Shown here: positions 43,720 through 52,663 of the stretch, in pieces
Layout: every line of letters starts with the position of its first letter
Numbering within the stretch: position 1 is the stretch's first letter
Assembly: GCA_965200345.1 (NCBI GenBank)
Contig: OZ241378.1
Coordinates: forward strand, 5,434,314 to 5,498,313
Source of the DNA: Candidatus Poribacteria bacterium
GTDB lineage: Bacteria > Poribacteria > WGA-4E > WGA-3G
Reading direction: 5' to 3'
DNA length: 64,000 bases
Made by a program: the position numbers and the translations under genes
The notes under the pieces: generated by a model
Told to the model about the DNA's origin: nothing
The model's input: only the letters and a program-made list of their open reading frames with translations
Databases searched by the model: none

Positions 43720-45070
43720 TTTGCCTCCCTTGCCCCCGCCAAAACGTGATTGCGATATACGCGAGAATCGGATAAGACAACAGTGCTGTTGACCAAGCGA
43801 CCCCCTCTAATCCCCAATGCTGCATGAACAACCAATTAAGGGCCGGATTTAGGATAAGTCTGATGAAGGTTGCTGTGACAACAGTTCTGTGTGTTTGACG
43901 CGCCAGATGCGCTCGAATTAGCAGCCTACTAATTAAACGCGGAAGCATCCCTAATAGATAGATGCCAAGCAATGAAGCGATGTGGGACTGCCCCGCCTCG
44001 GACAATTCACCGTGTCCATACGAAACCGAAACGATATTTTCCCGCAAAAGATAAAAGCCTGTGAGGAATGGCACCATCAGCACCAAAAGTGCGACAACGC
44101 CTTGCCAGACACTTCGCTGTAATTGCGTGCCGTTGGTGGTTAATCCGTTTTCTGATTGCGACTCTGACGAAGAGATCTTTGCCCAATGCGATAATAGGAC
44201 CGGGTGCGTTACACCTGTGAGCGTTTCAGGGATTGCGCACAAGCGGAGTGCGTAATCAAGTTTCGAGACGGAACTTGTCGCTAATGTGCTTGCCATGCCC
44301 CTATCGACGACTGGGTTGATTCCATCGGCAACCGCTGCGCCCATCATGAGTAGGCATTGGTGTCGGAACTGTTTGGTGTATGGTGTTTCATGTAAATTTA
44401 GTTTCAGATGCCGCGTTTGCAGGTTCAGGATGGTACAGCATCGCGGGAACAAGACGATCACTTGAAAAAGTTCACCAAGGATGAGCGCGAGTGGTATACT
44501 GAACCAAGTTAGAGACGGTTGGCATAGGTAGATAGTCGCGATGACGATGGCAGCACGGAGTCCTTGTAGAATGACTGGGAGTTGAAATGCTTGGTAAGTG
44601 TCTAATATCGCCTTAAGCATCCAACGGACTGATGCAATAATCGAGAAGCAGAGGAACCCACACACAATACCGATTTTGGTAGTGGGCGCGAGTCCGGCGT
44701 TTGGAAAAAAAAGTTGGGAAATTGCCCAGGAAATGACAACGAGGAGACAGCAGAGCCACGGCATTGTCGTGATATAATGGGAAAAGATGGATTGTACGCA
44801 GCGTTGTGCATCAGTTTCACCTTTCGCACGGGCTTTCGCTAACAGAGGGACGAGGACGGAATAGGCGGAGGCGGCACTGAGCAGCTCAATAAGGAAGCTG
44901 GCAATGCCCCAATAGTAGTAGATAAAATCCATTTCCGCTGGATCGCCGAACCAATTGGCCAGGGCGATGTAGATAAGAAATGTGCCGGCACGTCCGATTA
45001 GACTCAGCGGTGCGACGACGAGAACATTTTTGAGAATAGAAGGTTCTGTTTGGGCGGCGTTATTCGGCAT
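43709..45070 (-). CDS. MurJ/MviN-like MOP-superfamily flippase
   Basis: 453 aa with about 12-14 TM segments. The N-terminus ..LSLIGRAGTFLIYIALANWFGDPAEMDFIYYYWGIASFLIELL...VLVPLL parallels MurJ (R..GF.R....A..FG....DAF..AF.IP). Confidence 0.5.
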   Translation of the reverse strand: MPNNAAQTEPSILKNVLVVAPLSLIGRAGTFLIYIALANWFGDPAEMDFIYYYWGIASFLIELLSAASAYSVLVPLLAKARAKGETDAQRCVQSIFSHYITTMPWLCCLLVVISWAISQLFFPNAGLAPTTKIGIVCGFLCFSIIASVRWMLKAILDTYQAFQLPVILQGLRAAIVIATIYLCQPSLTWFSIPLALILGELFQVIVLFPRCCTILNLQTRHLKLNLHETPYTKQFRHQCLLMMGAAVADGINPVVDRGMASTLATSSVSKLDYALRLCAIPETLTGVTHPVLLSHWAKISSSESQSENGLTTNGTQLQRSVWQGVVALLVLMVPFLTGFYLLRENIVSVSYGHGELSEAGQSHIASLLGIYLLGMLPRLISRLLIRAHLARQTHRTVVTATFIRLILNPALNWLFMQHWGLEGVAWSTALLSYPILAYIAITFWRGQGRQTKR

Positions 45071-45341
45071 GCAATGTTTGAACGGTGTGCTTGATGTAGA
45101 CAGAGTTGAGACCCTGTTTTCGTAGGTGTCCCAACTCTATTACTTCGTTCGCTTTACGGGACCCTGTGTGTCAATGATCAAACTGTCACCGGCATCGGCG
45201 ATGTTGTCACTATTGAGGACGATAAACCAAGACTGCCCGCCACCCCTGAAATCTGCGACCCGTCCCCAGATGTATGCCTTGCCTGTTTTCGTTGAAGTTT
45301 TGTTTAGGCCATAATAGGGACATAACCTCTACATGGCAGCT

Positions 45342-45959
45342 TTAATCAGGAAATGTGACGCGTTCGTAGATTTCCTGTAAGGGCAGTTCGCATTGGATGG
45401 CGGTGAGTGGCAAAATATCCTCAAGTGCTTGGAAAGCGGTGAAAATCCAGTCTTGCGCAGTAACGGGTGCGGTCTCATGTTTTTTGGGACGGCGGTAACG
45501 TTCAACAAGTACCTTGTCTTGGGAAACGAGGACGTATTCCTGCAACGACGCAAGGTGTCGGTAATGGCTGAATTTTTCGCCACGATCATAAGCCTCAGTT
45601 GAAGGGGAGAGGACTTCTACGAGGGTAACGGGGTTAAGGAGTATATCAAAAACATCATCTTCAAAGCGAGGTTCTTCACAAACGACAACGACATCAGGGT
45701 AGAAGTAGGAAGAAGTGATCGGGGAACTCACGCGCATATCGCTTGCATAGGTTTCACATCCGCTGCTTTTTAATAGGTTGTGGAGCTCACCAACGATATT
45801 ACCTGTAATCAGATTATGCGCTCGACTCGCGCCGGACATCGCTATCAGTTCACCGTTTAAGTACTCATACCTAACTATCTCTGAGTCTGGAGGTGCTTTG
45901 CGTTCAAAAGCGATGTATTCTTCCGGTGTAAGGCGTGTTTGTGCTGCGCGAGCTGCCAT
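45342..45959 (-). CDS. Uma2-family (DUF820) restriction-endonuclease-fold protein
   Basis: TPEEYIAFER......YEYLNGELIAMSGASRAHNLI.GNI...L........Y.SDMRV......YPDVVVVC......D.....PV.LVEVLSPST..YDRGEKF..Y is the Uma2 consensus. Confidence 0.75.
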   Translation of the reverse strand: MAARAAQTRLTPEEYIAFERKAPPDSEIVRYEYLNGELIAMSGASRAHNLITGNIVGELHNLLKSSGCETYASDMRVSSPITSSYFYPDVVVVCEEPRFEDDVFDILLNPVTLVEVLSPSTEAYDRGEKFSHYRHLASLQEYVLVSQDKVLVERYRRPKKHETAPVTAQDWIFTAFQALEDILPLTAIQCELPLQEIYERVTFPD

Positions 45960-46004
45960 GATTTTCCTCCAGTAATGGACTGCGTTAGGAGCGTGTAGTG
46001 TTCC

Positions 46005-47267
46005 CTATTCACGGACTTGGCCGTTTCCGTAGACGATATATTTATAAGTTGTTAACCCTTCAAGTCCCATGGGACCGCGGGAATGGAGTTTCTGCGTGCT
46101 AATCCCGACCTCGGCCCCCAAACCGAATTCGTAGCCGTCGGTAAAGACAGTGCTGGCGTTGACGTAGACCGCTGCGGAATCCACCTCTTTGAGGAAGCGT
46201 TGTGCTGTGCTGTAGCTTTCGGTGATAATCGCATCGGAATGGTGTGATCCGTAGGTTTCTATGTGGTCAATCGCTGTTTCTATGTCGTTTACGACGCGGA
46301 TGGATAAGATGTAGTCAAGGTATTCTGTGTGCCAATCTTCTTCAGTTGCGGGTTTGGCAGCAGGATAAAGCTGCTGTGTCCGTTCGCATCCGCGGATTTC
46401 GACATCCGAATCCTGTAGCGTCTCACAGAAAGCGGGGAGGAATTTCTCGGCAGTATCGGCATGGACAAGGAGCGTTTCTAAGGCGTTGCAGACGGCGACT
46501 TTGTACCCAACCTTCGCATTCATACAGATGTTGTTTGCCATTTTGAGGTCGGCGGCTTTATCGACATAGATATGGCAGATGCCGTCGGCATGTCCGAGTA
46601 CGGGTACATCGGATTCTTTCATCAAAAACTGGACGAATTCGTTACTACCGCGCGGAATGACGAGGTCAACATAGTCTGGTAGACGGATGAGTTCGTAGAC
46701 TGCCTGCCGATCGGTGGTATCAACGAATTGGATTGCGTCTGGGACACCTTCTGCGGCGGCGGTATCGCTGAGTATACGTGCAAGCGTTGCGTTGGAGTGG
46801 ATTGCCTCGGAACCACCGCGAAGGATGACTCCGTTCCCGGATTTGATACAGAGTGCTGAAACTTCAACGGTCACATCGGGTCGAGATTCATATACCACGG
46901 CGACGACCCCGATAGGCACGCGGACTGTACCAATCTTGAGTCCGTTCGGACGTTCTCCCATACTGATAACCGCACCGATTGGGTCGGGGAGTGCAGCGAC
47001 TTGGCGGAGATTGTCCACCATCCTTTCGATTTTTTTATCGTCTATCAAGAGGCGTTGCATAAGAGGGGCGGGGACTCCGGTTTTTTCGCCGTTATCAAGA
47101 TCAATGCGGTTTGCGGTCTGGATTTTATCTTTGGAATTCTGTAGACTCTCTGCCATTGCTAAAAGCGCGTGGTTTCGTACGTCAGCGGAGCTCCGCGATA
47201 AAACACGCATCGCCGATTTTGCTTTTTTCGCTTGTGATTGGATTAGTTCTTGGATATTTTCGCTCAT
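46005..47267 (-). CDS. proA: Gamma-glutamyl phosphate reductase
   Basis: Start MSENIQELIQSQAKKAKSA.. after AAGGAA. ..VVYESRPDVT.., ..GGSEAIHSN.., ..ALETLLVH.., ..HIETYGSHHSD.., ..NASTVFTDG. Confidence 0.9.
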   Translation of the reverse strand: MSENIQELIQSQAKKAKSAMRVLSRSSADVRNHALLAMAESLQNSKDKIQTANRIDLDNGEKTGVPAPLMQRLLIDDKKIERMVDNLRQVAALPDPIGAVISMGERPNGLKIGTVRVPIGVVAVVYESRPDVTVEVSALCIKSGNGVILRGGSEAIHSNATLARILSDTAAAEGVPDAIQFVDTTDRQAVYELIRLPDYVDLVIPRGSNEFVQFLMKESDVPVLGHADGICHIYVDKAADLKMANNICMNAKVGYKVAVCNALETLLVHADTAEKFLPAFCETLQDSDVEIRGCERTQQLYPAAKPATEEDWHTEYLDYILSIRVVNDIETAIDHIETYGSHHSDAIITESYSTAQRFLKEVDSAAVYVNASTVFTDGYEFGLGAEVGISTQKLHSRGPMGLEGLTTYKYIVYGNGQVRE

Positions 47268-47406
47268 AATATTCCTTTGAAGTTTGCGATAAATGAATTG
47301 TAGGTGAAAATAAGCATGAGTATTATAGCATGTCGATTGGAAAATTTTCAAGGGCTTATCTTTCATTTGAAGATAGACAAAGTGTTAGACAGTGGATAGG
47401 ACGGCA

Positions 47407-48510
47407 TCAATCAAGCAGGACCAGGTTATCGCGATGTATGATTTCGTCGTAATCGCGGTAACCGAGGATGTTTTCAATGTCTTTGGTATGTTTGCCAGCG
47501 AGTTTAGCAGTATTTACGGCGTTGTAGTTCACCAAACCGCGTGCGAATTCTACGCCGTTTTCGGTGAGGCATGAGACGGTGTCGCTGTAGTCGAAATTAC
47601 CTTCCACGCGTCGGATGCCGGCAGGGAGTAGACTTTTACCGCCTTGCACGAGTGCATCGCGTGCGCCGTTATCTACAATGAGCCTGCCTTTCGGTGGACG
47701 GGAATAAGCGATCCACCGCTTTCGTCCAGAGATACGAGATTGCGGGAGGAAGAGAGTTCCGAGCAATTCGCCCTTCAAGAGCCTCGTAACGACAAGCGGT
47801 TCTTGTCCGTGTGCCATCACCATCATCTCTCCTGAGTTGGTGACGATTTCTGCTGCTCGTAACTTTGTCACCATCCCACCGGTGCCGCTTGTTGTGCCAG
47901 CTGCGCCAGCGGCTTGCCAGATTTCATCTGAAATAGTGGTAACAGTGTGAATCAGTTCTGGGTTAGGGGCGTGCCTCGGGTCGGCGGTGTAGAACCCTGT
48001 TTGGTCGGAGAGGATAACGAGAAGTTGTGCTTGAGCGAGGTTTGTCACGTAAGCGGAGAGGGTATCATTATCACCAACTTTGATTTCGTCAACTGCGACG
48101 GTGTCGTTTTCGTTGATGATAGGGATCACGCCAAAATGAAGGAGGGCCCGCATCGTGTCGTTCATGCGGGTATAGCGTTCCCGATTCGAGAAATCGTCGC
48201 GTGTGAGCAGCATGCTCGCGGCGCGTTGTTCATAGTTTGAAAAGCGATCCTTATAAGCTGCCATCAATCGTATCTGCCCTACAGCGGCGGCAGCTTGTAA
48301 ATGTGGTAGCGTATTCGGACGCTGCTTCAGACCGAGTTGGGGCCACCCGGCAGCGATTGCGCCAGATGTGACAAGGATGACCTCCACACCGTCCTGTTTG
48401 ACAAGTGCTAAATCGTGGACTAAGCCATCAAGGGCAGCTTCGTTGAGGTGTGCCCCGTCCGAAATAGTACTGCTGCCAACCTTCACAACGATACGTTGTA
48501 CGTCCCTCAA
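47407..48510 (-). CDS. proB: Glutamate 5-kinase with C-terminal PUA domain
   Basis: RIVVKVGSSTISDG.., VILVTSGAIAAG.., GDNDTLSA.., with a PUA-like C-terminus. Start uncertain: TTG 48510 (14 nt after the obg stop), or ATG 48570/48618, both of which overlap obg. Confidence 0.85.
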   Translation of the reverse strand: MRDVQRIVVKVGSSTISDGAHLNEAALDGLVHDLALVKQDGVEVILVTSGAIAAGWPQLGLKQRPNTLPHLQAAAAVGQIRLMAAYKDRFSNYEQRAASMLLTRDDFSNRERYTRMNDTMRALLHFGVIPIINENDTVAVDEIKVGDNDTLSAYVTNLAQAQLLVILSDQTGFYTADPRHAPNPELIHTVTTISDEIWQAAGAAGTTSGTGGMVTKLRAAEIVTNSGEMMVMAHGQEPLVVTRLLKGELLGTLFLPQSRISGRKRWIAYSRPPKGRLIVDNGARDALVQGGKSLLPAGIRRVEGNFDYSDTVSCLTENGVEFARGLVNYNAVNTAKLAGKHTKDIENILGYRDYDEIIHRDNLVLLD

Positions 48511-48523
48511 ACAGGTGCGCTGT

Positions 48524-49813
48524 TCAGCTGGATTGCATCGCTTTTGGGCTGTAGGTGAACTCGAATTCATCAATCTGGACTGTGTCTCCTTCCACCGCGC
48601 CTGCGCGGGCGAGGGCATTGATCACGCCCATGTTTTTCAGTTTCCGATACAACAAAATCACTGCCTGTTCATTTTCCATATCGGTCATGAGGACAGCACG
48701 GCGTGGTTCAGCACCAGTGACAAGGAACCCTTCCTGGGTTTCGAGGAGTTCAAACCGTGCTGAGGGTTCCGGTGGTAGTTCTTGTTCTAAGGTGATGGTT
48801 GTCTCTGCTTCCTTTCGGGCGCGTGTTTCCAAGTATTGTAAGGAACGATAGGCTTGCTGCATGAGTGGGTTCAGGCCGTCGCCAGTAATTGCGGAGATAG
48901 GGAAAACTTTCCGTTTACCGAAATATGTCTGCACACGCTCCAAATTCACCTCAGCTTCGGGCATGTCAATCTTGTTGAGTGCGATAATTTGTGGCAGTTT
49001 CGTTAGTAATGTGTCGTAATGGTCCAATTCAAGGTTAAGTTGCTCATAATCCTCAAGCGGGTCGCGTCCGTCCGTGGCACTTAGGTCGATAACATGAATG
49101 AGCATTTTGGTGCGCTCAATGTGCCGCAGAAATTGGTGTCCTAAACCTGCGCCTTTGTGGGCACCTTCTATCAGGCCAGGGATATCGGCAAGCACGAAAT
49201 TCTGTTCTCGGTTGATGCGAACGACACCGAGGTTTGGACGGAGCGTTGTGAACGGATAGGCGGCGATTTTCGGAGTTGCGGCAGAGGTGCGCGCCAGCAG
49301 TGTTGATTTACCGGCGTTGGGATAGCCGACCAACCCGATATCGGCGATGAGTTTGATTTCGAGGCTGATCTCGCGCGCTTCTCCCGGTTCGCCTTTCTCT
49401 GCGACGCGCGGTGCTTGGAAGGTGCTGCTTTTAAAGCGCGCATTCCCTTTGCCACCGATACCGCCGCGTGCGACAACGACGCTTTCGTCAGGTTCCGTCA
49501 GATCCGCAAGTGTCTCGGTTGTATTATAGTCTCTAACAATGGTGCCAGCAGGGACCTTAACAACACAATCTACGCCATCAGCACCGTCTCGTTTTTTGCC
49601 GATACCGTGTCCGCCGTTCTCTGCAACTTGGCGCGGGTTATGGTGCAGGTCGATGAGGGTGCTCATTCCCAGAGTTGCAATGAGGATGACATTTCCACCG
49701 CTCCCGCCGTCACCACCATCGGGACCTCCGCGCGGAACGAATTTCTCTCGGCGGAAACTGATGCATCCGTTTCCACCGTTGCCTGCTTTGACTTGAATTC
49801 TTGCTGTGTCCAT
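48524..49813 (-). CDS. obg: GTPase Obg/CgtA
   Basis: Gly-rich Obg fold (KAGNGGNGCISFRREKFVPRGGPDGGDGGSGGNV), G1 GYPNAGKST, G3 DIPG, G4 NKID and a C-terminal OCT-like domain. Confidence 0.95.
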   Translation of the reverse strand: MDTARIQVKAGNGGNGCISFRREKFVPRGGPDGGDGGSGGNVILIATLGMSTLIDLHHNPRQVAENGGHGIGKKRDGADGVDCVVKVPAGTIVRDYNTTETLADLTEPDESVVVARGGIGGKGNARFKSSTFQAPRVAEKGEPGEAREISLEIKLIADIGLVGYPNAGKSTLLARTSAATPKIAAYPFTTLRPNLGVVRINREQNFVLADIPGLIEGAHKGAGLGHQFLRHIERTKMLIHVIDLSATDGRDPLEDYEQLNLELDHYDTLLTKLPQIIALNKIDMPEAEVNLERVQTYFGKRKVFPISAITGDGLNPLMQQAYRSLQYLETRARKEAETTITLEQELPPEPSARFELLETQEGFLVTGAEPRRAVLMTDMENEQAVILLYRKLKNMGVINALARAGAVEGDTVQIDEFEFTYSPKAMQSS

Positions 49814-49949
49814 AGGCTACACGCTTTAGAGAGTAAGGGTTCAATTGCAATAGCATTCCGTTTTGATGCAAATATTTTGTTGCTGGAGCACTTCTGAATT
49901 GGGTGCTGAATAAAAAATCGCGCCTCTACATAGCAAACATTCTACAAGT

Positions 49950-51434
49950 TTATGGACAATTCTCTTGCGTGTCTTGGTCAAATTCTGTGATAATAATGGG
50001 TCCTGTTACCCCTTGAATCTTAAGATAATGCGTATTAGGTCCTACATCGCAGGTTAATGCTGGATGCATATACAAAAAAATAGTAATAACATTATCGGTA
50101 TTGTCCTTGCATGCGGCCCAATGTTGATGGTCCCTCACCTGATTCAGTCCAGTATCGGTGTAGGCGGTTACCGTTAGCGATTGAAGACCTGTTGGACAGC
50201 TAAAAGCATCGTGCGGTCCTGTGCGTAGTCTTAAATCTATAAGGTCCCCCGTCCCAAAAAGTCCCTCACTTCCGCCTTTAACTCTAATCGTAATGTTCCG
50301 ACCGTTTTGACCGCCGTTGTTTCCTTGCCCATTATTCCCTTGCCCGTTGTTTCCTTGCCCATTGTTCCCTTGTCCGTTATTCTGTTGCCCGTTGTTTCCT
50401 TGCCCATTATTCCCTTGTCCGTTGTTTCCTTGCCCGTTATTTCCTTGCCCATTATTCCCTTGTCCGTTGTTTCCTTGTCCGTTGTTTCCTTGTCCGTTGT
50501 TTCCTTGCCCATTATTCCCTTGTCCGTTGTTTCCTTGTCCGTTATTTCCTTGTCCGTTATTTCCTTGCCCGTTATTTCCTTGCCCGTTGTTTCCTTGCCC
50601 GTTGTTTCCTTGTCCGTTGTTTCCTTGTCCGTTATTCCCTTGTCCGTTGTTTCCACCGCCGTTTTGATTGCCACCATTTGAAGGAGGAGGTGGCTGCTGG
50701 GTGCCGCCATTACCGCCATCGGAGCGTGGAATGCTGCCATCACCGGGTTGTTGCGTGCCACCATCGGGTTTCTGGGTGCTGCCATCACCAGGTTGCTGTA
50801 TGGCACCGCCGCCATTGATAATGTCATCTCCGTCGTCATCAGAACTGTCATCGCGAACACCACCGTCCCCACTTGGTGGCTGATCATCTTCTCCCAGACC
50901 TCTTACTTGTTCCATAATCTCGGTGGTGTCTGTTACTATTTCTGCACGCATAATTTGCACGCCTTTATAATAGAACACATAGATGAGTTTCCTTGGATGG
51001 ATGTAGATGACAGGTCTACTGTCGTCTTCCGTTTCGGGTATAAGTGTTATGCAGGCAGATTCATCTCCGCTCAGGAGGCAAGCAGAACCTTCACCTATCG
51101 TAACATACCGATCAACGTCTTCAGCTGTCAGCATTGAACCTGTATAAGGCATATCCGAACAACCGGCTATACTGAGAAGCGTGATTAGGATGCTACCTAT
51201 TAATCTTAACGATAAGGGTTTGGAATTCGTTACCATTTCAAAACCGACTTCTGTTATTGCCTTTGCGAGGTTGGCATCGGTAATGTAGGATGCGTCATAG
51301 CGGACTATCACCTCACCTTTACGTAGGTTCACCTTTACGCGCTGCACTCCTTCAAGAGTTGTTAAGGCATCTGTCACGGTTTTGACGCAGTGCTGGCAAG
51401 ACATACCACGAATTTCTAATCTTGTTTTTGCCAT
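49950..51434 (-). CDS. HMA-domain / lipoprotein-signal fusion protein with (NNGQG)n low-complexity region
   Basis: Residues 1-68 form a heavy-metal-associated domain (GMSCQHC). Then K/R plus a hydrophobic segment ending in the lipobox LLSIAGC, a conserved domain shared with 51456..52385, an Asp/Gly-rich stretch, about 23 NNGQG repeats and a Cys-containing C-terminal domain. Confidence 0.7.
   Translation of the reverse strand: MAKTRLEIRGMSCQHCVKTVTDALTTLEGVQRVKVNLRKGEVIVRYDASYITDANLAKAITEVGFEMVTNSKPLSLRLIGSILITLLSIAGCSDMPYTGSMLTAEDVDRYVTIGEGSACLLSGDESACITLIPETEDDSRPVIYIHPRKLIYVFYYKGVQIMRAEIVTDTTEIMEQVRGLGEDDQPPSGDGGVRDDSSDDDGDDIINGGGAIQQPGDGSTQKPDGGTQQPGDGSIPRSDGGNGGTQQPPPPSNGGNQNGGGNNGQGNNGQGNNGQGNNGQGNNGQGNNGQGNNGQGNNGQGNNGQGNNGQGNNGQGNNGQGNNGQGNNGQGNNGQGNNGQGNNGQGNNGQQNNGQGNNGQGNNGQGNNGQGNNGGQNGRNITIRVKGGSEGLFGTGDLIDLRLRTGPHDAFSCPTGLQSLTVTAYTDTGLNQVRDHQHWAACKDNTDNVITIFLYMHPALTCDVGPNTHYLKIQGVTGPIIITEFDQDTQENCP
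50300..50670 (-). repeat. In-frame 15-bp tandem repeat encoding about 23 NNGQG units
   Basis: Units such as ttgcccgttgtttcc / ttgtccgttatttcc / ttgcccattattccc. Variation is mostly at synonymous positions. One unit encodes NNGQQ. Confidence 0.9.
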
Positions 51435-51455
51435 GAGGTTACTCCTTCATAGCGG

Positions 51456-52385
51456 CTATTGTAAAGGCTGTAATTGAAGGGAACTGGTGTCTTCATTCGA
51501 TCCCACACTATCTGCGTTGATGTAGAATGTTGCGGTATGCTCGGTGACTAACCCATCCACTTGGATCGTTATTTTCTGTGCCTCCGTTTCAATGGTGAAT
51601 TGAGCGATACGACTGTTGTCAAGTCCGTTGATTTGTATAAAGTTCATTATCTGAAGGTCTTTTTTTTTGTCAGTTCCTATTTTCATGCCTTCGACAACTC
51701 TGAGGTCGAGTCCGCTGGTTTCGGGTGTTGCACCGCGATCTGCTTCTGGGAATGCATCTGGGTAGTATATCTGGATAATCCAGTCTTTCAGGATAGTGAT
51801 ATCAATACCTTGCGTGCTGCCATTTGCTGTGCGTGTGTCGGTCAATTCCTGTGTAATCTGGGTGGTGTCCATTACCCTTTCTGCTCGCAAAATGGGTTGG
51901 TCTTCGTAGTAGAACATGTAAATGAGGCTTGTTGGGTGAACGTAGATGATAGGGATGTTGTCGTCTGCACCGTCTCTTTTTTCCGGCACGACTTTTATGC
52001 AGATAGAATCAAACCCATCTTGTAAACAGATTGTATCTTCACCAAGGGAGTTCAGATAGCGGTCTACGTGGTCAACTGTTAGCATAGGACCGGTATAGGG
52101 GACATCGGTGCAGCCGATTAGGCTGGAAAGTACGATTAGAGTTGTGCCGATTGATTTTAATGATAAAGGTGTGGTTTTCGCTACCGCTTCAAAACCGGCA
52201 TCTGTTATTGCTTCTGTGAGGTTGCTGGTGGTGGTGCGAGAGGCATCAAAATGTACAATTGCTTCACCTTTGCGAAGGTTGACTTTTGCGCGCTGAACGC
52301 CTTCGAGTTCTGTCAACACGTCTGTGACCGTTTTGACGCAGTGTTGACAGGACATACCGCTAATTTTTAGTTTCGTTTTTTGCAT
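51456..52385 (-). CDS. HMA-domain / lipoprotein-signal fusion protein (paralog of 49950..51434)
   Basis: MQKTKLKISGMSCQHCVKTVTDVL.. (HMA), then ..TTPLSLKSIGTTLIVLSSLIGC (lipobox) and the shared domain CTDVPYTGPMLTVDHVDRY...IIYVHP.SLIYMFYY. Start set at the second ATG (52385), which is colinear with the paralog. Confidence 0.7.
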   Translation of the reverse strand: MQKTKLKISGMSCQHCVKTVTDVLTELEGVQRAKVNLRKGEAIVHFDASRTTTSNLTEAITDAGFEAVAKTTPLSLKSIGTTLIVLSSLIGCTDVPYTGPMLTVDHVDRYLNSLGEDTICLQDGFDSICIKVVPEKRDGADDNIPIIYVHPTSLIYMFYYEDQPILRAERVMDTTQITQELTDTRTANGSTQGIDITILKDWIIQIYYPDAFPEADRGATPETSGLDLRVVEGMKIGTDKKKDLQIMNFIQINGLDNSRIAQFTIETEAQKITIQVDGLVTEHTATFYINADSVGSNEDTSSLQLQPLQ

Positions 52386-52427
52386 GATATTATTCCTTAG
52401 TTTCGTTTTTTGCATGGTATTATTCCT
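52368..52427. repeat. 30-bp tandem duplication spanning RBS and first codons of the HMA paralog
   Basis: tagtttcgttttttgcatgAtattattcct (52368-52397) and tagtttcgttttttgcatgGtattattcct (52398-52427). This creates two RBS-ATG-MQKTKL starts. Confidence 0.9.
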
Positions 52428-52614
52428 TTCCGCCTTTACTCTTTGTCAGAAAATTGCGTTTACACGATGGACAGGTCGATGTATGTGTCCAAATTGCCAA
52501 GCCGCACTCTGGGCAGATGCGTTTCGTCCGAAAGCGTTCGACGAGGCGAGCCACGATGATAATTCCGAAAAAAAGGGTGATGAGAAAGGTAACTTCCCAA
52601 AAACCGATAGACAC
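52420..52614 (-). CDS. Small membrane-anchored zinc-ribbon protein
   Basis: 64 aa. N-terminal TM FWEVTFLITLFFGIIIVARLV, then CPECGLAIWTHTSTCPSC (CxxC-N11-CxxC). Sits directly upstream of the HMA paralogs on the same strand. Confidence 0.45.
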   Translation of the reverse strand: MSIGFWEVTFLITLFFGIIIVARLVERFRTKRICPECGLAIWTHTSTCPSCKRNFLTKSKGGKE

Positions 52615-52663
52615 GCTTTCAACCTCCGGTGCTTTCTACACGCCGATATGGAAAATCTGCAAG

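Noticed and set aside
45120-45335. Short minus-strand frame (..KTGKAYIWGRVADFRGGGQSWFIVLNSDNIADAGDSLIIDTQGPVKRTK*) between the flippase and Uma2 genes
   Set aside because: It has fewer than 60 codons, no ATG or RBS that I could fix, and no recognised family. It may be a real miniprotein but is not supportable from sequence alone.
50300-50690. Non-coding tandem repeat or CRISPR-like array, and the plus-strand ORFs 50307..50681 and 50317..50667 (PLFPC/VVSLP repeats)
   Set aside because: The 15-bp period is in frame within a long minus-strand ORF that has recognisable flanking domains. The plus-strand ORFs and the minus-strand ORF 50237..50887 are alternative-frame shadows of the repeat.
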